Positions 55,696 through 64,000 of a DNA stretch of 64,000 bases are shown one piece after another. Origin of the DNA: Paludisphaera sp. (GTDB lineage: Bacteria; Planctomycetota; Planctomycetia; Isosphaerales; Isosphaeraceae); assembly GCF_037189885.1 (NCBI RefSeq), contig NZ_JBBCIR010000007.1, forward strand, positions 70,218 through 134,217, read 5' to 3'. A program made the translations under genes and the position numbers. Under the pieces are notes generated by a model. The model was not told the DNA's origin. It was given only the letters and a program-made list of their open reading frames with translations, and searched no databases. Each line of letters starts with the position of its first letter. The stretch's first letter is position 1.

Positions 55696-56523
55696 TCAGT
55701 TGGAGGCACCGCCCCGTCGCTCTCGGCGGTGCCTCCCGATCGCCGCCAGGCAGGCGGCGGCGATCTGGCGGGCGAGCGTTAGGTGCCGCTCGTCGAGGCC
55801 GGCGGGGTCGGTCCCGCCCGCCGCTGCGGCGATCTCGGCGATCGTCGCCGAGGTTCGATCGGGGAAGAACGTGTCGATGAATTGGTCCGTCCCCGGCTCG
55901 CAGTTGCCCGCCTTGAGCGAGTCCCGCCTGGTCACGACGACGTGGCCCACGTCCGAGAGGTCGTGACGGGCCAGTTTCCCCATCAGCCGCTCCAGCCGGG
56001 CTCGCCGTGCCTCACGGATGCGGCGACGTCGCTCGTCCTTCTCCTCCTGGGGGACCGCTTGGTTCCGCATCTTCCGCCGGAGCCCCGCCGCCGCCCTGGC
56101 GGCGTCCCCGCCGGGGAGGTGGTACGACGTGCCGCTCGGACGATGGCGGGCGACCCAGCCCGTCTCGGCCCGGATCGAGAGCCCCCGGCCTTGGCGGACC
56201 CAGGAGGCCGGATACGCATCGACTTCGCCGACCCGCACGACTCGGCCGGCGTGGGTCGTGAGGAGTCCGTCCAGCACGGCGAGCCCACGGGCATGGACCG
56301 ACCGCCGCCAGGACGGGCTGACGGTGACGCCGACTTCGAGGTCGGTGCCCGACCAGGCATGCCTGCGGTGCCAGACCTTACGACTGCGGGCGGACGCCTT
56401 CGGCTCGTCGCCGATGGAGACCGTGATCTCGTTCCCGCCGCCGACCCAGCCGGAACCGGCGAGTCGATAATTGGCCCGGAAGAGGCTTGCGACCTCTTGC
56501 ACCAACGTCTTCTTCTTCGCCAT
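55696..56523 (-). CDS. Hypothetical protein
   Basis: ATG 56523 follows GAGGAAGG; 275 aa; C-terminal VTRRDSLKAGNCEPGTDQF segment. Confidence 0.7.
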   Translation of the reverse strand: MAKKKTLVQEVASLFRANYRLAGSGWVGGGNEITVSIGDEPKASARSRKVWHRRHAWSGTDLEVGVTVSPSWRRSVHARGLAVLDGLLTTHAGRVVRVGEVDAYPASWVRQGRGLSIRAETGWVARHRPSGTSYHLPGGDAARAAAGLRRKMRNQAVPQEEKDERRRRIREARRARLERLMGKLARHDLSDVGHVVVTRRDSLKAGNCEPGTDQFIDTFFPDRTSATIAEIAAAAGGTDPAGLDERHLTLARQIAAACLAAIGRHRRERRGGASN

Positions 56524-56789
56524 GGACGTACCTTCCTCGCCCTCCCCGTCGGGGAGTTCGTCGATGATGGACCTTGGGCCGGGGATGAAGTCCCCTGGCA
56601 CCGTTCTGCGGCGGGGCCTCCTACCTGCGGAGACCTCTTACCGCCGAGCATCTCGAATCGTTGCGTTGCCGAGCGGGCCGACCGGCAGGCACGTCGGTTC
56701 GTCCCCTCCCTGGGGCCGGGATCACGTCACGTTCGCCGTCGGACGAAGCCCGCACGGCGGGATGGCCGCACGGGGCAAACCCCACGGCA

Positions 56790-57833
56790 TCAGTCCCGGA
56801 CCTCCAGCCCGAGCTTCCGCCGGATGTGCTCGTCTCGGGCGACGGCCCGGTGTGCCCTATAGAGCGGCTCGTGGGGCTTGAGGCTGCGGATGAGGTCCCG
56901 CTGCTCGGGGACGGCGTGTTCGATCGCCTCCTCGACGAACCGCTCCCGCTCTCCGGGCGTCAAGGATGCCCAGAACCTAGAGACCTTCTCCTCGTCGAGT
57001 CGCCTGGCACGCTTGATCGACTCTTCTCGGGCACGACGTTCTCTCTCCTCGGAGTGGCGGGCCGCCTTCTCCCCGGCACGCCGTAGCTCCTCGGGCAACG
57101 CCCAGTCCTCACGGATGGACGAGACTAGCGTGGCGGCCCTGTCCTTCGGCTTGCGGTGCGGCAGCGCCTCGATCTGCCGGGAGACTTGGTCGTCCCCGAA
57201 CTTGCTGGCAAGCGCCTCGGCGACGGAGCGGGTGACGCCCGAGCCGACCAATTGCTCCACTGTTGACGACGTGGCCGTCGTCCGGCTCCCTGCGTCGGGC
57301 TCCTCCCTCCCTTGCTCATTCCCAACAACATCTCTCTTGGGCTTTGGTTCCCGGTCCTGCGCCGGGCCTGGGTCTGTTGTTGTTGATCTGCGTCTTCCTC
57401 TATCTGGCGAGTCTGAGTCGGGTGCATTGCACTGCGAGCGCAGTGATTTGCGCCGGGCTTCGCCTCGGCCGGGGCCGGGGTCCTCCGGGGCCTCGGGGAC
57501 GCCCGCTCCCGCTCCTCCTGGGGCCTCGCCCTCCCGCCAGACGAGCACGATCCGACGCCCCGTCTTGACGGAGGGGTCCGGCTCGAAGCGAATCCAGCCG
57601 TGGCCTTTCAGGCTCGTCATCCACATCTGGATCGTCCTGACCCCATGTCCCATGACCTCGGCGAGTTTCTCGACGGAGACCCAGGTGGACGAGTCGGACC
57701 AGGCGAAATCCAGGATCACCCCAAGGAGCACCTTGGCACCGTGGGGGATGGTGTCGTCCTTGAGGACGGCCACCGGGATCGGCGAGAAGCGGAGGGGGTT
57801 CGGGGCGGACGGCGTAGGATCGGTGCGGGCCAT
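56790..57833 (-). CDS. Helix-turn-helix protein resembling phage/ICE replication initiators
   Basis: N-terminal winged HTH (IPHGAKVLLGVI...WVSVEKLAEVMGHGVRTIQMWMTSLKGHGWI), a low-complexity linker and a C-terminal helical domain (QIEALPHRKPKDRAATLVSSIREDW). Confidence 0.6.
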   Translation of the reverse strand: MARTDPTPSAPNPLRFSPIPVAVLKDDTIPHGAKVLLGVILDFAWSDSSTWVSVEKLAEVMGHGVRTIQMWMTSLKGHGWIRFEPDPSVKTGRRIVLVWREGEAPGGAGAGVPEAPEDPGPGRGEARRKSLRSQCNAPDSDSPDRGRRRSTTTDPGPAQDREPKPKRDVVGNEQGREEPDAGSRTTATSSTVEQLVGSGVTRSVAEALASKFGDDQVSRQIEALPHRKPKDRAATLVSSIREDWALPEELRRAGEKAARHSEERERRAREESIKRARRLDEEKVSRFWASLTPGERERFVEEAIEHAVPEQRDLIRSLKPHEPLYRAHRAVARDEHIRRKLGLEVRD

Positions 57834-57923
57834 GAGGGGGGCCTCCGGGTCGATAAGGTGGAAATGAAAACCGGCGGCAAGGGCCGCCAGGGAACGGTCG
57901 TTGGGTGCCGTGGACGGCGGGCA

Positions 57924-58835
57924 TCAAGACCCCGATTCGTCGAGGAGTCGCCGACGGTAGGCGTCGTGGGCGTCCGAGAGTCGGCGCTCGGCCAGCCGGT
58001 GGTACGGCTCGTGGACCTCGAAGCCGAGGTAATACCTGTCCGCCAGGAGGGCCGACTTGCAGGTGGTCGCCGCACCGGCCAGGGGATCGAGCACGACGTC
58101 GAGGGGGCGAGACCAGGAGAGGATCAGGTCTCGGGCGAGCGCCTCCGGCATCAGGGCCGGGTGCTCGAAGGCGTAGCGATCCGTCGCCGTCGCCCGGCCG
58201 CCGGTCGTGTATCTCCAGATGCTCGGCCGAGCGCCGAAGGGCTTGGTCAGGACCTTCTTGGTCGTGCTGATCACCCCGGCCCGGTCCCGTGTCGAGTAGC
58301 GGAGGAGCTTCCCGGCGTGCTTGTTCGGCTTGTCCCGGATGAGGTTGATGGACCTCGGCCTGCCCTTCGAGAAGACGAACACGAACTCGGGACTCACGCC
58401 GTAGCGGACCGGGTTGATGCCCCTCGTGACCTGCTTCTCGATGATCAGCGTGTTGTGCAGGCGGAACCCGAGGCCCATGAAGTAGAGCGCCTGCCGAAAG
58501 CTCGTGCCCGTCTGGCGGCCCTTGGCGATCTGGTCCTGGACGTTCCAGCAGACGATCCCGCCGGGCATCGTCACACGCCAGAGTTCCAGGGCCACCAGCA
58601 TGAACTTCTCGAAGTCCCAGGGGTGGTCGCCGTAGGACCGGATCGAGTCGAAGGGCGGCGAGGTGGCGCTCAGGGGGATGCAGTCGTCGGGGAGCGACCG
58701 CAGCCCGTCCACGGCGTCCACGCACTCGATCCGGTTGCGGACCGGGCAGTGCGTCTCCTGAAGGATGGGCTTCCGGGGGTTGCGGGCTGTGCGTCGGGCT
58801 TGGGCGGTTCGAGGCGGGAGGGGCAGGCATGCCAT
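57924..58835 (-). CDS. Beta-class amino DNA methyltransferase (N4-cytosine/N6-adenine)
   Basis: Motif IV TSPPF precedes motif I VLDPLAGAATT; also HPALMPEALA and YLGFE. ATG 58835 follows AGAGG. Confidence 0.88.
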   Translation of the reverse strand: MACLPLPPRTAQARRTARNPRKPILQETHCPVRNRIECVDAVDGLRSLPDDCIPLSATSPPFDSIRSYGDHPWDFEKFMLVALELWRVTMPGGIVCWNVQDQIAKGRQTGTSFRQALYFMGLGFRLHNTLIIEKQVTRGINPVRYGVSPEFVFVFSKGRPRSINLIRDKPNKHAGKLLRYSTRDRAGVISTTKKVLTKPFGARPSIWRYTTGGRATATDRYAFEHPALMPEALARDLILSWSRPLDVVLDPLAGAATTCKSALLADRYYLGFEVHEPYHRLAERRLSDAHDAYRRRLLDESGS

Positions 58836-59030
58836 GTGGCACCTCTTGGTCATGGGCACCAGCAATGAAACGAGCCGCCCGGCTGGTGCGTCCGGGGCGG
58901 CTCGGGGGGTGGTTGCGGTCTTGGTCGAGGAGTCAAACACGAACGGGCCTCGGGGTTGGTCCCAAGGCCCGTCACGGCCGCCGACTTGTTCGTGTGGAGT
59001 CCAGGAGGCGTCTCCGATGCGGAAGCCACC

Positions 59031-59768
59031 TCATGCGGCGTCACGCCGGGCGATGGAATCCCGCAGGGTGTGGAGGAGGCCGGAGGCCCGGTCCAGGAGA
59101 TCCAGCGCCCCGGCGTCCAGCCCGCCTACTTTGCCGACCTCCTCCAGGGCTCGAACGACCTTGGCGAGGATCTCCTTCGACGTCGGGGGAGCGGACGGGG
59201 CGGTGGCCCTGCCGGGTTGTTTGTTCTCGGCGTTGCGGGCCGGCGTCGAGGCCGAGACGACCGCCGATTCGTTGGGTTCCGCCTGCGGGGTCCGCTGCGG
59301 CCCGGCGTCCCCAGCCACGACCGTCGGCTCCGGCTTCGGAGCCTTGTCGGTCTCGGCTCCCGTTTCGGGCTTCGCCCCAGTGGGGGCCTTGGGCTTCCGG
59401 TTGAGGATTCCGAGCTTCTCCAGGGCCTCGGTCTTGCTCGTGAACTCGTCGAGCCGCTCGAAGGTGACGGCGTTGAAGAATTTGCGGGCGTAGCTGTCGG
59501 TCGTGGTGCTGACGCCGATCTCCTTCAGGGTCTTCCCCCACTCGCCCATCGGCCGGCGGCGGTACAGGTAGGCCAGCATCTCGCCCAGCTTGTGGAAGTC
59601 CTGGATGACCCGGCGCTTCCGGTCGAGGATCGCACGGACGTGGCCGTCCACGGACCTGGCGTACTTGCGGGCGGCGGCGATAAGCTGTTCGTCCGAGGAG
59701 CCCTCGTCGGGCGTGACGGGGACGGCGGGCATCTCAATGGTGACAACAGTGGCGTTGTGGTCGATCAT
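59031..59768 (-). CDS. Hypothetical protein, DUF3102-like N-terminal region
   Basis: KLGEMLAYL...GEWGKTLKEIGVSTTTDSYARKFF resembles DUF3102 proteins, followed by a Pro/Ala-rich linker. Start follows GGAG. Confidence 0.55.
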   Translation of the reverse strand: MIDHNATVVTIEMPAVPVTPDEGSSDEQLIAAARKYARSVDGHVRAILDRKRRVIQDFHKLGEMLAYLYRRRPMGEWGKTLKEIGVSTTTDSYARKFFNAVTFERLDEFTSKTEALEKLGILNRKPKAPTGAKPETGAETDKAPKPEPTVVAGDAGPQRTPQAEPNESAVVSASTPARNAENKQPGRATAPSAPPTSKEILAKVVRALEEVGKVGGLDAGALDLLDRASGLLHTLRDSIARRDAA

Positions 59769-59898
59769 GGCTGGCGCTCCTGAATCAGAAAACGACGAGG
59801 CAGGACGGCCCGGCCCCCGGCGACGAGCCGAGGCGGGCGGTCTCGAACATGATGCGTAACGATCCGGCCGTGAGGCCCCAACCCCTTGGATTCAGCCG

Positions 59899-60609
59899 AT
59901 GTCAGAACCGACCATGGCCGAGGGCGGTGATGCTCGGCCCCAAGGCGTGAGCGGATCGCTCAGGGGGGCGATCAAGGAGTCCGGCATCTCGATCAGCGAA
60001 CTGGCGAGGCGCACCGGGGTCGCCCGGCAGGCGATCAACCGCTTCCTCTCGGGGGAGAGGGGCTTGACCACCGAGACCGTGGACAAGCTCTGCGAGGAAC
60101 TCGGGTTGGAATTGGTGCCGGCGAAGGCAGCCAAAGGGCCACCTCCCTCGCATATCGAAGTCGCCCCCTCCCCCGAGCAAGACGTGAAGGCCCAGAGGGT
60201 TTCAGATGAACTTGCACTGTTCAGATGCAAATACTTCCTGTCCAAACTCGACGACAGGAACGCTTTCTCGTACAACCCCATCTGGAGCGACATCATCAGG
60301 AGGACCAGGCATAGTTTGCCGATGTTCCATTTCTTGATGGAAGTCCGAGGCTTCGGCAGCGACAAGCAAAGGGCCGCCGTTCTGTGCTTGGTATTGTCGA
60401 TCCTGGAGATGAATCCGAACTGCGAGAAGCTGCTGGCCAACGAGCACCTGCCGGGCTTCCTGCGCTATCTTGTCACCCAGGCCGAAGACCCGCTGTGCAT
60501 CGGCTCGCTGGGGGCCGTCCTCGACACAAGCCACATCTACGCCTGGATTAACACCTTGCCCGACCCTGAGCCGGACGAGCATGATGCGGAAGACGAGTGG
60601 ATCGGCTGA
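59899..60609 (+). CDS. XRE-family HTH regulator with unknown C-terminal domain (paralog 1)
   Basis: AIKESGISISELARRTGVARQAINRFLSGERGLTTETVDKLCEELGLEL; divergent from the minus-strand cluster. Confidence 0.8.
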   Translation: MSEPTMAEGGDARPQGVSGSLRGAIKESGISISELARRTGVARQAINRFLSGERGLTTETVDKLCEELGLELVPAKAAKGPPPSHIEVAPSPEQDVKAQRVSDELALFRCKYFLSKLDDRNAFSYNPIWSDIIRRTRHSLPMFHFLMEVRGFGSDKQRAAVLCLVLSILEMNPNCEKLLANEHLPGFLRYLVTQAEDPLCIGSLGAVLDTSHIYAWINTLPDPEPDEHDAEDEWIG

Positions 60610-60772
60610 CGTCAGATGGCGTCACTCCGGGTCTACCAAGCAGGGTGCCACGACTGTTAGTGCCAATCGGCACAGCGATTGGCTGCATTCAAACATTGTG
60701 CCAGGTGTGTCGTCTTGAGTAACTCCGATGAGATTGCACCTCCCACAAGGTTGATTTGAGGGACTCGATTCC

Positions 60773-61516
60773 GTGGAAAGTGGCCAGACCGGAGGAGAGA
60801 AAGGGGACCGCCGTCGTCTCGCCGACGTCCTGAAGCGGGCGATCGATGGGTCGGGGTTGAGCCACTATGAACTGGGCAAACGGGCGGGGGTCGCATCGCA
60901 GGGCATCATGCGGTTCGCACGGGGACAGCGGGGCCTCACCCTCGACGTGGCAGATCGCCTCTGCGAGGCGCTGGGCCTGACGCTCTACTCCGAGCGCAAA
61001 ATTCGCCGTCTTCGTGCCAGGCTGCGGCGAGCCGAATCGGGTGACGAGCCCCCTCTCCCCGCCGGGGAGATGTACTCACACCAGACGATCTATAGAGCAC
61101 CTGAGCGCCCCGGTTCCGTTTCGGCGGGCCTCGCCGAACTTCGGGCGAGGCACTGGCTGAGGAGTTGGTGCCTCGGAGACACGAGCCGTTGGAACTACCT
61201 CAGCCACATGTGGCCGGAGGTCGATCGCTCGAACCGGCCGCTCTACAAGCTGTACCTGTCCTTGATGCACGAGGAAGGCGATCGAGGGGACCGCCTCGAT
61301 TATTTCGTGTCCTGCCTTATGGAACTCAACCCGCTGCGTGATCAAATCCTTAAGTTGCCCCAACTTGTCCAGGCCGTCGAAATCGTCCTGGATCAGGTCG
61401 ATTCGACGTGGGCTTGTGGCCCGCTGGGAGCCAAGCTGACACCCGAGGACGTTGAACGCATCATCAAGAGCAGCACACTCGCTTCTGATGGCCAAGGACC
61501 TCAGGATGGGGACTGA
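60773..61516 (+). CDS. XRE-family HTH regulator with unknown C-terminal domain (paralog 2)
   Basis: AIDGSGLSHYELGKRAGVASQGIMRFARGQRGLTLDVADRLCEALGLTL. Confidence 0.8.
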   Translation: MESGQTGGEKGDRRRLADVLKRAIDGSGLSHYELGKRAGVASQGIMRFARGQRGLTLDVADRLCEALGLTLYSERKIRRLRARLRRAESGDEPPLPAGEMYSHQTIYRAPERPGSVSAGLAELRARHWLRSWCLGDTSRWNYLSHMWPEVDRSNRPLYKLYLSLMHEEGDRGDRLDYFVSCLMELNPLRDQILKLPQLVQAVEIVLDQVDSTWACGPLGAKLTPEDVERIIKSSTLASDGQGPQDGD

Positions 61517-61690
61517 TCAGCCCGATTCACGCATGGATGTTTTCTCAGAGTGAAAGAGAGCCGCCGAGGTCGCCGAGTGTGCCTGGGCGACCAGATTTGA
61601 AACCAACGCTCATCGACGAACCGGCGATCGAAAAGGTCGAGGGACCAGACGGCGGCAAGGGAGCGTCCTGCTCTCCGCCCTCGCCACGCT

Positions 61691-61725
61691 TGAGACCTCC
61701 GATCCTCTGAGACTTGAGACTCTCA
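61691..61725. repeat. TGAGAC hexamer cluster downstream of the ATPase gene
   Basis: TGAGAC at 61691, 61708 and 61715, then inverted TCTCA at 61721. A matching TGAGACaTGAGAC lies at 62741-62753. Confidence 0.5.
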
Positions 61726-61743
61726 GGCGGCGTCCTCCAGTGC

Positions 61744-62709
61744 TTATCGGTCCTTCACCTCCTTATCTGATGGGACCATGACCTCCTCCGCCTGAGGTGC
61801 TGACTGCTTTGCGGCCCGCCTCGGCCTCGCCCTCCTCGCCACGACCAGCCCGGCCGCCCGCTCCCTCTCCCGCAGTTCCTTCGTGTACCTGAAGTAGGTC
61901 GCCCTCGACATCCCGGTCAGCGAGCAGAACCTGGCGAACCGCTCGGACTCGGCGACCAGGCTGGCGTCGTTGCGGATGTCGTCGAGGATCTTGAGGTGAT
62001 CGGGGGGCTCGATCTGCTCTTCGAGCCAGGACTGCCAGTCCAGCTTCGCCCGCTTGAGCTTCAGGGCGTGGACGTAGAGCCGCTGGCTGGGCTGGTGTAT
62101 GCGGCCCAGCCGCTCGCCGATGAACCCGTAGACCGCCTCGTCCTGGAACCACCGGCCCGCCTCCTTGTGGACCTCGGCCGGGGGTGGGGCGAAACGGACC
62201 AGGATGCCCCGGTCTTCGAGCGCCCCGAGGTTGCGGTCGAGGCCCTCCCACTCGTTGGCCACGATGCAGACCTGGGACTTCGTGTCGAACTCCCTGGGGA
62301 CGCCCTGGGCGGCTAGCTCCTTGCTGGTCGTGTGCCAGGCGACCTTGCGGACCGGGCGGCTGTCCGTGACGGCCTTCAGGACCGAGACTGCCTGTTTGTC
62401 CTTGTAGAGTTGGTCCACGTCGTCGAAGACGATCGGGGCGTCCCTGTATCGATAGAGGTTGGCATATATTTGGATGCCCGTCGCCCGGCTGTTGATCCAG
62501 CGTGCGTGTCCCTTGAGCCCCTTCGACTCCTCGGAGTGCGGGCGGCCGTCGGCCTCGGTGGGGAAGTCCGGGAGCAGTTCGGCGAGGGAGGTGCTCTTCC
62601 CCACGCCGGGCGGCCCCACGAGGATCAGGCATTCGAGCTTCTCGGTGGCGAACGCCTTGCAGAAGCGCCTCAGGTCGTCGTACGTCGGGATCAGGATCGG
62701 CTTGGCCAT
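61744..62709 (-). CDS. P-loop ATPase with C-terminal helix-turn-helix
   Basis: Walker A ILVGPPGVGKST, Walker B IVFDDVD, LKAVTDS, CIVAN, ALEDRG, and C-terminal TGMSRATYFRY. Confidence 0.8.
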   Translation of the reverse strand: MAKPILIPTYDDLRRFCKAFATEKLECLILVGPPGVGKSTSLAELLPDFPTEADGRPHSEESKGLKGHARWINSRATGIQIYANLYRYRDAPIVFDDVDQLYKDKQAVSVLKAVTDSRPVRKVAWHTTSKELAAQGVPREFDTKSQVCIVANEWEGLDRNLGALEDRGILVRFAPPPAEVHKEAGRWFQDEAVYGFIGERLGRIHQPSQRLYVHALKLKRAKLDWQSWLEEQIEPPDHLKILDDIRNDASLVAESERFARFCSLTGMSRATYFRYTKELRERERAAGLVVARRARPRRAAKQSAPQAEEVMVPSDKEVKDR

Positions 62710-62740
62710 CGGTCGAATCACTCTATGTTGCGGAATTCAT

Positions 62741-62753
62741 TGAGACATGAGAC
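62741..62753. repeat. TGAGAC-N-TGAGAC tandem upstream of the ATPase gene
   Basis: TGAGACATGAGAC, about 30 bp upstream of the ATPase start on the minus strand. Confidence 0.5.
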
Positions 62754-63094
62754 CGGAGGACCGCCCTCCTTGAACGTCGTCTCGTCTGTCCGGGCGGAAC
62801 CTTACCGGCCTGAAAGAGAAAGAGATAGGCCGCCTTTCGGCCTTTCGAACGTCTTCGTCCCACCCGGCGTGATGAGGACGTCCTGACGGTGAGCCGCATT
62901 CACGGTCTAAATGACTCGATGACTCATCTCCAGGCCCGATCGCAACGAACCTCCCGTTCATCGTCGATCGCCAGCGGGGCCTCCACCGCTCCTGGCCGAT
63001 GGACCCAACCTCTTCCTCGGCAATATCCAAAAAAACTCCCTCCGGGCGTGAGAATTCGATCTAGGTTCGCTATGTAAAGGAGGGAGGCGAAGCA

Positions 63095-63334
63095 ATGAAA
63101 CTTCTTGATTGGATTGATGTGGAGCGTGAGACGGGCGTCTCGAAGCATCGCATAAAATACGCCCTGGACAGGCGCAGGATCGGCGGGATCGCCAAGGTGC
63201 GTGGGGCCTACGTGTTCACGCAGGATGACGTCGTGATGATCAGGTCCTACTTCGCCGAGGCGAAGCCGTGGCAACGGATCGCCAACACCATGATCAGCAG
63301 CACGGAAGTGGAGGGCGATAATGAGAAAGGTTGA
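63095..63334 (+). CDS. Small HTH DNA-binding protein (excisionase/MerR-like)
   Basis: DVERETGVSKHRIKYAL...GAYVFTQDDV; strong AAGGAGG Shine-Dalgarno upstream. Confidence 0.65.
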   Translation: MKLLDWIDVERETGVSKHRIKYALDRRRIGGIAKVRGAYVFTQDDVVMIRSYFAEAKPWQRIANTMISSTEVEGDNEKG

Positions 63335-63337
63335 AGC

Positions 63338-63763
63338 ATGACCCTATCGTATGTCACGCAGAGCAGGCTCGGGTCTTGGTTCGGGATCTCCTCGATCAAG
63401 GTCGGCAAGATCCTGGTCATGAACGGGCTCAAGGATTGCCACGGTGCGACCCGGATGGCCGTCGCCGGGGGTTACGCCAAGGAGGCCCAGACCAAGGAGA
63501 AACTCCCCTTCTGGGTCTGGGACGCCACGAGGGTCTCCTTGATCCTCGACGAGGCCCTCGGCGGCGTCGGGACGTCGTTCATCGACGAACTGGTGGTCCA
63601 GGTCGGCGAGGCGCTCGCCGAAGCTCACGGCCTCCGGGAAGGGGGCAACGACTTCGTGGCCGAACTGATCGAGGACCAGGCCCTGGCGGGCGTGCCGCCG
63701 GGGCTCGTCGGGCTGCTCCGTGGGCGGCTCTCACAAGAAACGAAGCAAACAATAGGAGCGTGA
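63338..63763 (+). CDS. Hypothetical protein, possibly winged-helix
   Basis: TQSRLGSWFGISSIKVGKILVMNGL; starts 3 bp after the upstream stop. Confidence 0.6.
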   Translation: MTLSYVTQSRLGSWFGISSIKVGKILVMNGLKDCHGATRMAVAGGYAKEAQTKEKLPFWVWDATRVSLILDEALGGVGTSFIDELVVQVGEALAEAHGLREGGNDFVAELIEDQALAGVPPGLVGLLRGRLSQETKQTIGA

Positions 63764-63768
63764 ACGAC

Positions 63769-63800
63769 GACGGCCACGGGGGCCTAATCCCGTGGCCGTC
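63769..63800. other. Perfect 12-bp hairpin between genes
   Basis: GACGGCCACGGG-ggcctaat-CCCGTGGCCGTC, with no U-tract on either strand. Confidence 0.55.
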
Positions 63801-63821
63801 CGATTGCAGCGTCACTCAACA

Positions 63822-64000
63822 ATGACTGATTATATAGTAGAATGTAAAAAACACAAAACCAAAGCTGATGGCCCGTCCGACCCGGATTTCTTCGGTCGTG
63901 GAATCGAAGACGGGGAGAAGAAGGCCAAGATCGACAAGGCGATGCCCCGCTTGCGGGACCTCTACCCCGACGACCTGGAACGATACCTGGAGTTGTTCGT
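63822..64000 (+). CDS. Hypothetical protein, 3'-truncated by the window edge (absent from the ORF track)
   Basis: ATG 63822 opens MTDYIVECKKHKTKADGPSDPDFFGRGIEDGEKKAKIDKAMPRLRDLYPDDLERYLELF with no stop before the end of the window. Confidence 0.6.
   Translation, partial: MTDYIVECKKHKTKADGPSDPDFFGRGIEDGEKKAKIDKAMPRLRDLYPDDLERYLELF

Larger units (their letters stand above)
29076..64000. mobile_element. Integrated element / defence island inserted at a tmRNA-like gene, right end beyond the window
   Basis: att core, arm repeats and an integrase remnant at the left boundary. Gene content switches from housekeeping to DISARM, McrBC and phage-like genes, with patchy AT-richer segments. Confidence 0.8.

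Noticed and set aside
1-64000. Many long antisense or alternative-frame ORFs in the track (e.g. 1688-4222 minus, 17533-19824 minus, 19860-22328 minus, 42607-45414 minus)
   Set aside because: They overlap well-supported genes, are Arg/Gly/Pro-rich and lack motifs. This is the expected shadow of high-GC codon bias.
1-64000. CRISPR array, rRNA or complete tRNA genes
   Set aside because: I found no regularly spaced repeat-spacer units or full RNA gene structures. Only a 16-bp tmRNA/tRNA-Ala-like 3' fragment is present.

Overview
High-GC bacterial DNA, most likely a planctomycete, inferred from the H4MPT/methanofuran-linked C1 cofactor genes, the planctomycete-type ECF sigma factor, the sulfatase, the giant CcsA and the integrase motif style. 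The left 29 kb is core chromosome: C1-cofactor genes, dtd, an FGGY kinase, glmU, a CPA2 antiporter, gatCAB, a Tat-exported sugar isomerase, an HTH/PIN pair, a membrane-anchored ECF sigma factor ending in a cytochrome c'-type CxxCH motif directly upstream of system II cytochrome c maturation genes, DUF309, a phosphodiesterase, a sulfatase, ric, a frameshifted methyltransferase and an epimerase. At about 29,076 a tmRNA-like 3' end with terminator, an IHF-like site and tandem arm repeats marks the boundary of an integrated element that runs off the right edge. The element carries a decayed tyrosine integrase and a class I DISARM operon (drmD-drmMI-drmA-drmB-drmC) with three extra genes inside it (an unknown ORF, an AlbA_2/Schlafen-HATPase protein and a HEPN protein). 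These are followed by McrBC, a TcmP/DUF5131 pair and a phage/ICE-like module (HTH replication-like protein, DNA methyltransferase, two paralogous XRE regulators, an ATPase-HTH protein). The best novelty candidates are the heme-c-motif ECF sigma factor next to ccsBA and DISARM with nested putative RNA-targeting effectors. All family assignments come from motif recognition by eye; no searches were run.
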